Shown one piece after another: positions 53,480 to 64,000 of a stretch of 64,000 bases of DNA. Below the pieces are notes generated by a model. It was not told where the DNA came from, did no database searches, and was given only the letters and a program-made list of their open reading frames with translations. Within the stretch, counting starts at the first letter, position 1, and the number at the start of each line of letters is the position of its first letter. Made by a program: the position numbers and the translations under genes. Source of the stretch: Hydrolagus colliei (lineage: Eukaryota); the NCBI GenBank assembly GCA_035084275.1, contig CM068755.1, positions 9,672,001 to 9,736,000 of the forward strand. Reading direction: 5' to 3'.

Positions 53480-53650
53480 GCCCTCAGTGAACGGCACTAT
53501 ATAAATGCAAGTTGTTGTTGTGTATCTAAGAATAATAATAATAATATTCCTTGCATTTTGATCTAGCACTTTTCACGTCTTCTAGACAAATCAAATCACT
53601 TCACAGAGTCTACTGTAAAGTGAATTGACTGTATATTTGTGGACAAATCT
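53480..53650. mobile_element. L2 tail (+, 53480-53522) tail-to-tail with a SINE 3' half (-, 53530-53650)
   Basis: ggcactatataaatgcaagttgttgttg then aataataataat..ccttgcattttgatctagcacttttcacgtcttctagac. Confidence 0.7.
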
Positions 53651-55469
53651 CACTCTATATATATACATACCCTATATGCGACTTGAAAGATATGATAGGA
53701 CATGTTCATTTCATGCATATATATATATATATATTTACAAGGTTTTCCCACTAACCTAGCATCCAAGTGCAGTGTGAACAATCGCACTCAACAACAACAG
53801 TGTGATGGTCAAAGCAACTGGTGTTCTGACCGTAATCTCAGCACTTTGGCTGGTATCAGAAGGTCTGTGGGGCAGGTAGGTTAGTAGTACAGTATAGCAC
53901 GATTGTCAGTGTCAAAGGCTTGAGGGAAACCATGCCAGAGTATATGGGGCAGCTCCTAGCTCAGCCTAGCCAGGGGGGAGGGAGTGGGGGAGAAGGGGTT
54001 GAAATCGACATTGACATTGACAGTGTGCCTCTTCTACACATCAAGGCTGCTGAGTAACCAAGTCTGAACTAACTTAACCTGAGTCAGGCTTCCAGCACCG
54101 AGATCGCCTCGCCTGACACCAAACACACACACTTGCTTGCACACACACAGCACCTGAAAAAGTCAGGATGTGTTTTTTTTCTATTACTATTTGCCCTTGT
54201 TCCATTTATGCCTTTAGTTATATTCCCATCACCCACCCCCCCAAAAATTCCCCTTGGACAGAAAGCCGTCGCGTTTACCAACTGCACAAACAAGGAGTAA
54301 AAGACATGCTATCCATATATGTATGTGTATATAGTGTACATGTTAATATAAAGCCGCCACAAAACAGTCTCTGTAATTTACGCTGATGGATGTCTCAGAC
54401 AGTTTTATACAGTACACGTCTGGGGATTTAACGCTGAGCAAGAAATGATGTACTTGCAGACGGAGTTCAATGATATACTGTATACCCCGAAACTGGTTGA
54501 ATGGGGACTTTTTAAAGCTACATTTTCCGACTGGAAACTGGCGATTTTTGAGCGAGAGGTTTGAAATAAAACATCACTTGACTGTGTTGCCCGGTGAATA
54601 ACCAACCACACGACTGTCCTCCTTTCCTAACCAACTCACAAGGCGGTGCCTCCTTTACATTACTGGACATTTACCGTCAATTCTAAACCACAACATTGTA
54701 GTCCCTAAAACATTATTTATCAGAGAAAAACAGTTTTTAAAAAAAAAATAAGGGACGTTGATTGGATTTTAAACCCTCGGGAGGTGGCTGTTAGAATTGC
54801 CAGCAACTTCAATTTAAATCCGGTTATACTGTCGCAAATTCCGATTGCGTTGTTCAACTTTTATAACGTTAATTCTTTGACTAATATTATTTTTTAATAT
54901 ATATTACAAAAATCGAAGGAAGGTTTCAGTGCCAGCTGCTGGGGTGCGAGCTTACACTTGGTTGGTTGGTTGGCAATTTTCTAGAGCCGATTCGTGGTAT
55001 AAAATATAAATCCCAATTCCTCGTTTTGGCTCGTTTTCCACGGAACAAAATATAATGTTTTGCTTCGAACCATATAATCAAGAGGGCATGAAATCTGAAT
55101 AGGCTGTATAGAAAATGGAAAATTATTAACCTTTTAGTTATTTTTAAAAAATAACAACTGTACACTCAAAGATTACCTGGTCAGATTACCTTTCACACAC
55201 TGTACTGTTCTTTTTTTGTTACTAGCCCATCATATTCTTCATGTGCTGCAGTTATACTTGGAAGGAACTGATTCCAGTCACTGTCTGTAGTAGAACAACG
55301 TAAGGCAGCCTGACTGAGTTACAGTTTCGACTCTGTTGTACTCACCCTGAGCTAGAGAACTGGAACTCCAAATGTACTCACTGTACCTTAAGATAGGTGT
55401 CGGTGGTATTAAGCGAAAAGCAGAAGGTAAAGGGCAGAGCTCTGAGATTCAAAGATTTGACAAGCTCTA

Positions 55470-55850
55470 AAAGTGGCAGAACAGGCTCAATGGGCTGCAT
55501 GACCTTCTCCTGTTCCTGTGTCCCTGTCGCTATGTCAATTTGGCTCAGTTGGTTGCACTCTGGCCTCTGGGTCAGAAGATGATGTGCTGAAGTACTAAGT
55601 CAAGACTAGTTATCTCGGCTGATACTTCAGGGAGGGGGGTGGTACTGCCCTTTAGATGAGACAAACTGGGGTCCCGTTGAGGTGGACGTTAAAGATTCCA
55701 CGACACTGTTTGAAAACCAGGGAATCTTCCTTCAGGACCAACAGTCCTTCAGATAAACTTGGTCATTCACGTAATGGTTGTGTGCGTGAGAGAGATATTG
55801 CTGCGCACACTTACAAATGCGCCAAATACATATTGCAATAAAATCCTGTC
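55470..55850 (+). mobile_element. CR1 tail remnant (55470-55520) followed by a degenerate DeuSINE (55540-55850)
   Basis: gaacaggctcaatgggctgcatgaccttctcctgttcct; tggctcagttggttgcactctggcctctgggtcagaag...gaggtggacgttaaagattccacgacactgtttg. Confidence 0.65.
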
Positions 55851-58116
55851 AGACAATCCAAGGCATTTAAATTAAGAATGGTAAGTCATTCGCCAAAGGA
55901 AAGTTTGTTTAAAGTTCTCTTTACATAAGTGCTGTCGGGCTACGTGTGGTTAAGGTAAATGCAATACAAAATAGATGGAGTGTAAACCATTCGCCTGAAA
56001 TAATGGGACAAAGGAATGTATTGGACCGATCTGGTCTCAACACAGTTTGTGTTAAGTAAGCGTGGGAATGAAAATATACTGAAATACTGCAACTGTGCTG
56101 CATACCTGCGTGACTAAATCTGGATTAATTACTGCAGTTCGCATTGTTTCAAAACCGAGTTACATGCAACTGGTACAAACTGCAGTACAGCTGGCCTGTA
56201 AATTCCACCTCATACAATCTCACCTAAAAACATCCAGGCAGCACCGTCAGAGACACAAAAAACACACACACACACACCACACCGAGTGTATGTGATTATG
56301 AATACACTTTGTATGTATTGTAGATAGTACAACAAACACTCGAGAATAAACTAGAGACGAGTCAGTAAGTAGTGTATGGATCTTTTAGAAGACGATCAGC
56401 AATCTCTGCAGTTCAGCAGGTAGTTTATGGCACCTCCGAGCCGAAATATCAGTTGTTCTCTACAAAGTGTCCCTTTTCCGCGACTCTGTTTTGCTGTATG
56501 CCGGTGTTCGAGTACAGGAATGTAGAAATGATTAACTCGAAATTATAACACGTCCAAATTCACAACTGCTAATTAGCAGGGGAGGAACTGGGCAGACTTT
56601 AAAAGCCGACCGCAGCCTGCCATGGGTTGTTTGTTGAGAGTTTTGAGTTGATATTATCGTCACACTTTTTAAAAGCCTGGAATCATTGTTAATCTTTTAG
56701 ACGTGTTGATGTTACTGTAACTCCTGACACGGAAAAGTTTTGCCAGTCTGCCCAGGCTGAGGTCTGATTTTTGTAGCGTGGAAAATTAGTATTAAAATCA
56801 AACAAACTGACTTAATTGGAAGGAAAGCAAACGTCTTTTGCGGGCAATCCTATCCATTAATAGGGTGCCTTTGACTAGTGACAATACTCAGGCAACTCAT
56901 ACCAGGATTTTTTTTAAAAAGAAAGGCAGAGAACAACGTAGACAAAAAGACAGTCTTCTCTTTTGTATATGTACTCGAGAATATAGCACGAATTTTAAAT
57001 GGATCCAATACTAGTTTATCTGAGCGCAGGGTTCAGGTGTCCGCACGGAGGCAAATCGACTTCAACCGGAGAAGATTTTTTTGAATATAAAAAACACACA
57101 CACAAGTGGTGGTGTGTGGCTTTCGGTTGTGGACCATTTATCGTTGGCGTTTTATTTCTGAGGTCAAATTTGCATTGAAACTCAACCCTCTAATCTTCAC
57201 CTTGATTTAGTAGCGCCTGTTGGTGTTTATATGTGATCGTGTTAAGCGTCTCAGCAGCTTTGAGAAACCCGTTGACAGAGGTCCATTGTAACCCACCAAT
57301 ATTGCGCCGTGTGACAGTACTGTAGCGCAATATTATTCTATTAGATCTGTGACTATACCTCACTTAATGAGGATGCGTTGCGTCTGTTGATGTTATGAAG
57401 AGAGGTAGAGATTTATTTTCTAGTAGTCGAGTTGACTTTTAAAAAAATATATATATAAAAAAGGAGTTGACTGAATGTTTAATTTACTTTATAAAGTTCA
57501 GAAAATGTTTCTTTCTAATGAACAGACCTCGAGACCGAAGACTGAAGCTTCATTAACTTTCCCCCAGGCTGATTACAGTCAGAATATTTAAGACCGAGAC
57601 ACTTTTTTTTAATTGGTGTGTAACTACACACGAAGAGTATTGCGTAATTAATTGCGAGGACAGATAGAAGGAAATAAAGTGGTTGAACAAGTCAAATTAT
57701 TCCAAGAGTAATTATTCCAAGAACAAGTACAATCATTCCAAGTGTAACTTCCAGATGGAAATTGCCAGTGGCATTAATAACATGTTCAGTGTGCCTTGAT
57801 TCCCACAAATATCTCATGTAACCATATTATTAATATCTTAGCTCTATTAACAATGAAACACCTGGCCGCGATCTGGTCTGTGCAAACCGTGCTTTGCACA
57901 TGTTCACACTAGTTATTTTGCGAGTACTTCTGCATTCATCTATCTGCTTTATAGATATACATATTTGCCTGTCGTTGGATAGAGGAATGACTCTATGTGC
58001 TGAATCGGGAGGGATCCTCACCAAGCAGCAAATTGGATTTTATCAAAAATTATTAGAAATTGGTGGGAGCGTTGCAGAAAAGTTGGCGTGAGAGAGAATT
58101 CATTTCAACACACATG

Positions 58117-58305
58117 CTCTCTCTCTCTCTCTCTCTCTCGAAAGGCACTGTTACTGAGTCAGTGAAACTTGTCAATGGTATTCAATGCTGTCATCAGCAA
58201 ATCGTTACTATTTGCTGTTATCTACCCAAGACTGCAAATAATAACTGCAGAAATGAATATTGTGGATACACACACACACACACACACAGAGAGAGGGAGA
58301 GAGAT
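58117..58305. repeat. (CT)n and (CA)n(GA)n microsatellites upstream of RORA exon 1
   Basis: Visible at about 58117-58139 and 58268-58303. Confidence 0.9.
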
Positions 58306-58675
58306 TGCAACCGAAAAATAAACCTGGTGAAATAAATTTAACTGTAGCAGCTTCCGTTTGCCTTTTGCCTAAAATAAATGTCAAGTCGGTTTTCAAATAA
58401 TTCTCTGATATTCTCCCCAGCATATATTGGATGTTTAAGTATAAACTGATTATTTATGTAGCTCATTTTTCCGTATGAAAAATGGTCTGCCTATCGCCCA
58501 ATCCGTCTAGATGACGTGTTTTGTGTGGCTATGTAATGCTTTGCTCTGGGTTGCTATCCGTGTCTCTGCAGTAGACACTGTTCCCTGTGCTTTCTCCTAG
58601 AGAACAGGGGCTTCTCTTATAACACGGTTCGTTTGCAGCGCTACCTGTGGCCGATCGCAGCCTCTGCGTCTGCTG

Positions 58676-58748
58676 CACACACACATACACACAGACCCAG
58701 ACACACACACACACACACAGACATACACACACTCACTCACTCACTCGC
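58676..58748. repeat. (CA)n-(ACTC)n microsatellite in the putative 5' UTR/promoter
   Basis: Directly visible. Confidence 0.9.
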
Positions 58749-58871
58749 TCCCTCCTGCCACTGGCAGCCCAGTAACCCGAGCCCTGTTGTGAAGCCAGTG
58801 CGACTGAGTTGAGAGTTCCAGGCTCCTCAAGCCGACACAAGAGAGACCCTCTGCCTGCAACCAAACCAAAC

Positions 58872-59019
58872 ATGGAGTCCGTTCATCCAGCAACAACTCC
58901 AGCCGCATCAGCCGCCGTCAGCCCCGAACCGCCCAGCTCCCGAGCCGCTGACAGCCTCCCGAAAGCCGGCGAGCCGACCGCGCCTGTCCGCCGCCACAGC
59001 TGCTCCAGCACCAACAGAG
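58872..59019 (+). CDS. RORA: First coding exon of RAR-related orphan receptor alpha (RORalpha1-type N-terminal A/B domain); the gene continues beyond the window
   Basis: The ATG has a strong Kozak context (aaacATGG) and an in-frame upstream TAA at 58773-58775. It translates to MESVHPATTPAASAAVSPEPPSSRAADSLPKAGEPTAPVRRHSCSSTNR-G, matching the remembered human RORalpha1 start MESAPAAPDPAASEP...[18 protein letters not shown]. The exon ends at a phase-1 donor AGAG|GTAAAC (GT at 59020-59021). Confidence 0.9.
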
Positions 59020-59054
59020 GTAAACAAACAAGCTGTTAAACCCTGTCACCAGCC

Positions 59055-60320
59055 TCTCACTCACTCTCTCACTCACTCTCTCTCTCACTCACACTCGCCC
59101 CGGTCCTTCATCAAAGCCAATCAACTGTCCATGTTGGGACCGGGTTAGGAGGAGGGGAGGTGGGGGGGGGGGGGGGGGAGGGGGATGGTTTAATCTGTGC
59201 ATTAAACGGCGAGGACAACTTAGCTCTAACAACTTGCCGAGCCGCCTTTTGCACCCCCTTTCCCCTCCTTCCCACCCCCACAACATCGCTTTGCATATGG
59301 ACATTTTGTAAGCCAGTGTTTTCCTCCTTCTCTCTCTCTCTCTCTCCCCTCACACACACACACACACACACACACCCCTCCGGCCGTGTCATTATTAGCT
59401 CCTCTTTATTTATTTTTATTTTCCCCAGGTCTTGGAAATATGGCCGATCATGTGTCAGTGTGGGTTACTGTATCTCATGTCGTGGCCACTCCCCCCCTCA
59501 GGCGGTTTCCATTCACGTAATGAAAGTACAGTAAAAACAAAGAGAGAACGAGCGAGGGGGAGGTGTGTGTGTGTGTATATGTGTGTGTGTGTATGTGTTG
59601 TATGTGGGGGGGGGGGGGGGAAGAGAGAGAAATTATTCCTTATTTTTTGGCATTGCTATACAGAGCGATGGGAGGTGTGTGTGTGGTGGGGGTGGGGAGG
59701 AAGGAGAGAGGGAGGGAGGCGAATTCCTGGAGATGGATGTGCGTGAAACTCGGAAAGAAACCCCATTTGTGGTGATGAATAATAATGACAGACTTACTTT
59801 TCTTTAAAGCAGTTCCATTTATTTCAGTGTCTGTGTGTGTGTGTGTGTCTGTGTGAAATCTTAACTCTGGAATGCTGCCTGTTACATAACGCATCTACAT
59901 GTCTGTAGACAATAAAATAGATTCTCCCCCACCCCACTCTCTCTCCCATTTCTCTCTCTCCCCCCCCCCTCCTCCACACATCCCAGCTCTCTCTCTCCCT
60001 CTCTCTCTTGTCAGATGGATTGTGTGCTCTGTTTTGCCCAAATTGTACTCGGCGCACAATGAGTGAAATCGCAGAGAAATCAAACGTTTGTCCCTATCGA
60101 TAGCGAAACATCGGAGGCTGGATGTTTTGGCTCTGGCGAGAGCAGTGATTTCATTGCCTGCCCCGTTAGGAGGTGTCAGGTCTCTCTGGCTTTGGGTTGG
60201 GAACGATGGGGACGAGAGAGAGGGGGGGTGGGGGGGAGAGGGGGGGGAGAGGGGCTGGTGGGGTATTTGAATGAGATTAGAAAGGGAGGAGAGAGAAGGC
60301 AGAGAGAGAGAGAGAGAGAG
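59055..60320. repeat. Dense low-complexity cluster in intron 1: (ACTC/CT)n, poly-G, (CT)n(CA)n, (GT)n, (GA)n
   Basis: Visible tracts at about 59055-59095, 59162-59178, 59328-59375, 59563-59620, 59833-59855, 59935-60008 and 60290-60320. Confidence 0.85.
59881..59890 (-). promoter_or_regulatory. D-box (PAR-bZIP/NFIL3 site) GTTACATAAC
   Basis: Exact match to the RTTAYGTAAY consensus, in intron 1; motif match only. Confidence 0.5.
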
Positions 60321-60390
60321 GCCCGAGCGTTTGCCGGTGATTGATCGCTCAATTGTACGCGATATCGTGGCTCTGACACTCCTAACCTGC

Positions 60391-60401
60391 TGACCCATAT
60401 T
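60391..60401 (-). promoter_or_regulatory. RORE (ROR/REV-ERB element) AATATGGGTCA
   Basis: TGACCCATATT on +; exact match to WAWNTRGGTCA; motif match only. Confidence 0.45.
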
Positions 60402-60445
60402 TAGCGGCGTTGGGATTAAAGTGCAAACACATAGCGCGGGAGTGG

Positions 60446-60455
60446 GTTATGTAAC
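60446..60455 (+). promoter_or_regulatory. D-box GTTATGTAAC
   Basis: Exact consensus, about 45 bp from the RORE; motif match only. Confidence 0.5.
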
Positions 60456-61989
60456 AGCTCATTGGGACGGGAACCGAGGCGGGGGGAGGGAGGGAGGCAA
60501 GCAAGCGAGAGGAACGAGCGATATCAGCCACTGTGCTCTCTGCTGTAACCAGCGCAGGGCTGTTTTATGGCCTGTTGTTGTTGTTGTGTTGCAGATTAAC
60601 GGTAAACTGCTACACTACTCGTGAGGCGCCAGGCTTTTTGTTGCTTTGCAAAGAGGGGAGATCAGTGCAAAGCTGGGAGCCAGTGTCAAACGAGGGAATC
60701 AAACCTTACCGAGATGCTGATGTCAGGTGTTGGCGCAGGTTAATCAGCGACTCCGGTTAAAAAGGGGGCTTCATTGGTTCCGAAACTGAATTGACTTCGA
60801 CTGCATTTAGTTGGTTAACAACTGATGCCGTTTGTTTTGTGGGGGGACGCGACTGTTCTGCTGCCTTGTGTTATTGGGGAGTGATGGGTATTGAATCAAT
60901 CTCTTTCTTCTTCTCTCTCTCTCTATATACACACACACAAATTAACAGACACGCTTGCTTGTGACACTTGTTCATCTTGTGCACCATGATTCATTTCCTT
61001 AACTAGAATCGCCAGAAAAGGGGATGTCATTCTCACAAAAAGTTTCAAGCGAGAGAGATCTTCGGGAATAGCCTCCCGCACACAGGCCTTGGCTGGTTGG
61101 TTGGTTGGTTGATACACATTACACATCTTGGGATCTAATTTGCAGGTGAGGTGAATAACCTTTGTGCAAACATTTGTGGATTGGGTTAGTCTGTGTGCAG
61201 ACATTAACCACGTTAATTGTGTGATTAACAGCCAATGACGGGGAGTACAGGTGATGCTACAATCCCTTTCCTTGGTTGTTAATTACAATTATTAAAGTAT
61301 TTCCCTCTTGTCCACACGTACGTTTTGCACACGGTAACGTCAACCTGCAAACTAGACCGCTTCACCAATGGGCAGGACTGGTACGGACCATAAATCTTGT
61401 TTGGTTTTTAACCACCCCATTGATATTGCAAATTGCCGGTTTCCTGAAACGAAGTATTGCTCTCGGCGTCTAAAGTCAGGTGTAATTTGCAAATGGGGCA
61501 TTTGGAGTGTGTTCAATTTGTGCAATTTGGATGCGTTCGGTTGGTAAAAGTGCATTTAAAAAAAATTAACTGGCTCGGAGTGCACGGTTAACGTGGTGAA
61601 TTTTGCTGTATTTATACACTGATACCCAGAAGCATTTTATAGCACAATTTGTTGTTTTTTAAAAAAAACAAGCGTTGGAATTGTTTGTGGTTCCAAATTG
61701 TCTAATCTCTCTGAAATATGCTGTTTGGTGTGCTGCTTCCTGCAATAAATGTTCTTGGATGATGATCTGGGAAGTTTAGAAAGAAATACTTTTGGCATCT
61801 GCTGTTAAATTCATTATTTGTATTTTTTTTTGAAAAAAAGTTACTCAACGTTCTTGCTTTGCATGTTTATAAATGTGTTGCATAAAATGTTGTATTGCAA
61901 CACACCATTTGTATGAAAGCCATGTGATGTGCCTGGAAAGTAGGTTTTGAAATGATTCTGGGTGGTTCACGTTGAGCACCATTGTCACA

Positions 61990-62065
61990 TCAACAACAAC
62001 AACAACAACAAATTGCATTTACATCCAACAGCACCTTTCATGTCAGGAGGATGTCCCATGGCATT
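61990..62065 (-). mobile_element. L2 3' tail remnant
   Basis: (AAC)n + ttgcatttac...gcacctttcatgtcaggaggatgtccc. Confidence 0.7.
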
Positions 62066-62125
62066 TCATGGTTGCTTTACGGACAGTCCGATTGAATGAC
62101 TGGTCTTGAATTTATACGAAAAAAA

Positions 62126-62408
62126 AATCCTTGCATTTGATATAGCGCTGTTCACGTCTTCTAGATGTCTCAAAGCGCTTCACAGAATATATGCTAAGGT
62201 GAATTGACTGTATTTGTGGGCAAAACACAGCAGCCAATTGCGCACAGCACTGTCCCACAAACAGTCGGGGATTGAAATGACCAATTATTATTATTAGGCG
62301 TGTGGAGTAAGGAAACTTGCCCAAGGTTACACCCTGACCTGCTTGGATTCGAACACAGGTCTCACGCTTGAAAGGCAAATGTTCTAACCACTGAGCTACA
62401 GGACTCCA
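62126..62408 (-). mobile_element. Full-length young tRNA-derived SINE
   Basis: The minus strand reads ggagtcctgTAGCTCAGTGGttagaac...tGTTCGAATCC...ccttgggcaagtttccttactccaca...Deu segment...gctatatcaaatgcaaggatt. Confidence 0.9.
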
Positions 62409-62623
62409 CAAATTAGAATTTCATTCAATACTGGTAATATCAAAATGTCAAAGTGCTTCAGAGTTTTTGTGTAAAGCGTAGGGATTTGAGTATTTGCAGG
62501 AGAATGTGACTGTAAATTTGCACTCAACAGTGTCCCATAAATAACCATAAAGTGAATGACCAATTTTATCTGTTTAATCTATTTCAAGCAAACCCTATTG
62601 TTTATTTGTACTTTGCAATGAAT

Positions 62624-62920
62624 GAGTCCTGTAGCTTAGTGGTTAGAGTACTTGCCTTGCAAGTGAGAGACCTTGGTTCAATTTCCAGCAGGGCAAAACC
62701 TTGGTCAAGTTTCCTTACTCCACACACTTGATAATAATTCCTCTCTTAAAAAAATAGTAAATTGGTCATTTCATTCCATGACTATTTGTGGGACCTTGCT
62801 GTGTGCAATTGGCTACTGTGTTTCACCCACAAATACAGTCAATTAAATTTACAGTGTATTCTGTGAAGCGCTTTGAGACGTCTAGATGACGTGAAAAGCA
62901 GTATATCAAATGCAAGGATT
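62624..62920 (+). mobile_element. Full-length young tRNA-derived SINE
   Basis: gagtcctgtagcttagtggttagag...ggttcaatttcc...ccttggtcaagtttccttactccaca...tgtgaagcgctttgagacgtctag...atcaaatgcaaggatt. Confidence 0.9.
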
Positions 62921-64000
62921 GGTATATAGTGAATTACCAATTTTAAACATCTATCTAAAATGTGTTCAATTAACAAAATAATGAATTTTAGGTAATGAAT
63001 GTTCAATAGTCAAGTACTGTAGTTAAAAACGCCCAGAGTAGTGTATATGTCAGCACAACACTTTCAAAGAAAATAAAAGAATTCTACATAATAATCCTGT
63101 ATTATCTTCAAATTATTGTAATTTGATTCCTGAAATTATTTAAAATTTAAGAATGACCCCCCTCCAAAAATAAATGGAATTCCTTGGTCAAAATAACTTA
63201 ATTCTGCATGTGTTTATGTGTTACAGAAATTTCATAATCTGATGTTTAACAGTTTCATGAGCATGGTGGAAAATGTAATAAATCCTCATAAGTTGTACAA
63301 TATTTTCTTTACATCTACCAGCGCTGTGTGTCTCTTAAATACAGTACATAAAGTGTGACTGGTAGTTGAAGAATTACAGGACATTTGTAAAATACATTGA
63401 ACGAACACATAACAGTAAAATATTGTATTGTACCTTTTTACTGAAGTTGTTAGGTGCTCAATGGCAGTAATAAATCTACATGACCTAGAGCTATGTTTTC
63501 TGCGTCAATAATATTCAGTTTATAAAGTCCTACATTAAAGCAGCTTTTGTGTTAGAATTACAATTTAATTGATTCCATCACCAATAATATCATTGCAAAG
63601 GGTATGGGTCCCTGTCAAATCCACTTGTCAAGTGCAGCTGATGTGGTGGTGCAGATGGTGTTGGGGGAAGGGATGGAATCTAAATCTGTGCATTTACTTG
63701 TCATATTGATAGCAATGGATGGCATTGAGCACTTCATGTGTTTACTGGACTGAAGGGGTTTCTCGAAAATGAGCAAAACCAATGCCTGTCAAAGCTGAAA
63801 AGCAGAAGAGTTTGCTTGCTATGTTCTATCACTTTATTACTTTACCATTCAGTGCTCAGCATAGTTCACCAGAGAAAATGGCCCAAATCCAATTTCCTTC
63901 CTTCCCCAGCATCATTTCCATCAATGAGATTTTTTTGTGTGTCGAAGCCATTTGCTTAAATGTTATCACACTTATCAAGGGTAAGTGCGATGATATTCAG

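Larger units (their letters stand above)
56300..60850 (+). promoter_or_regulatory. CpG-rich promoter / first-exon region of RORA (CpG-island-like; TSS not determinable)
   Basis: CpG dinucleotides are visibly retained relative to the rest of the window and no SINE/LINE is recognisable from about 55860 to 61980. The region has CA/CT/ACTC microsatellites, a TGACGT CRE-like half site at 58512 and AGCCAATCA at 59115. Confidence 0.65.
59020..64000 (+). other. RORA: RORA intron 1 (5' part)
   Basis: Follows the GT donor. No exon-2-like sequence (GISVTKKTHTS...) or zinc-finger exon is seen in the window; RORA intron 1 is very large in vertebrates. Confidence 0.8.

Noticed and set aside
6481-55930. 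Isolated 8-mer D-boxes (6481, 9840, 20116, 35990, 39785, 55921) and CACGTG E-boxes
   Set aside because: Their number is consistent with chance in AT-rich DNA, with no clustering.
360-58400. The many 60-150 aa ORFs in the supplied track (e.g. 16180-16635, 30279-30689, 49896-50264)
   Set aside because: No recognisable domains, random-like composition and mostly GTG/TTG starts; expected by chance in vertebrate intergenic DNA or derived from repeats.
58809-58871. N-terminal extension of the RORA ORF from TTG at 58809, and read-through to 59039
   Set aside because: Artefact of prokaryote-style ORF calling; homology starts at ATG 58872 and ends at the splice donor.
59089-60760. Overlapping long ORFs in intron 1 (up to 167 aa)
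   Set aside because: Produced by GC-rich, low-complexity microsatellite sequence lacking stop codons.
62335-62408. tRNA-Ala-like sequences (also 38348, 46511, 62624)
   Set aside because: They are SINE heads: no acceptor-stem pairing, and they continue directly into the SINE body.
1-64000. CRISPR-like array or prokaryotic/viral system
   Set aside because: The repeated motifs are dispersed retroposon tails, not regularly spaced arrays; there is no gene-dense or viral ORF block.

Overview
This is vertebrate genomic DNA, AT-rich and CpG-depleted. The repeat content (Deu-domain SINEs, L2 and CR1 LINE fragments, an LF-SINE-like element) points to a cartilaginous fish, possibly elephant shark; the species call is inference. 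About the first 58 kb is gene desert with scattered SINE/LINE remnants. The only coding sequence I can support is the first coding exon of the nuclear receptor gene RORA (long, RORalpha1-type N-terminus; + strand, 58872-59019). It lies in a CpG-rich, microsatellite-rich promoter region and is followed by about 5 kb of intron 1. I found no novel multi-gene system. The best leads are regulatory and structural: a D-box/D-box/RORE clock-type module in intron 1, a perfect ERE next to a RORE about 31 kb upstream, loss of the mammalian ARKS motif in the RORA N-terminus, a perfect 52-bp palindrome, an inverted SINE pair in intron 1, and an apparently chimeric CORE-like/Deu SINE family. Repeat boundaries were set by eye (roughly +/-20-50 bp), and family names come from remembered consensus motifs, not database searches.
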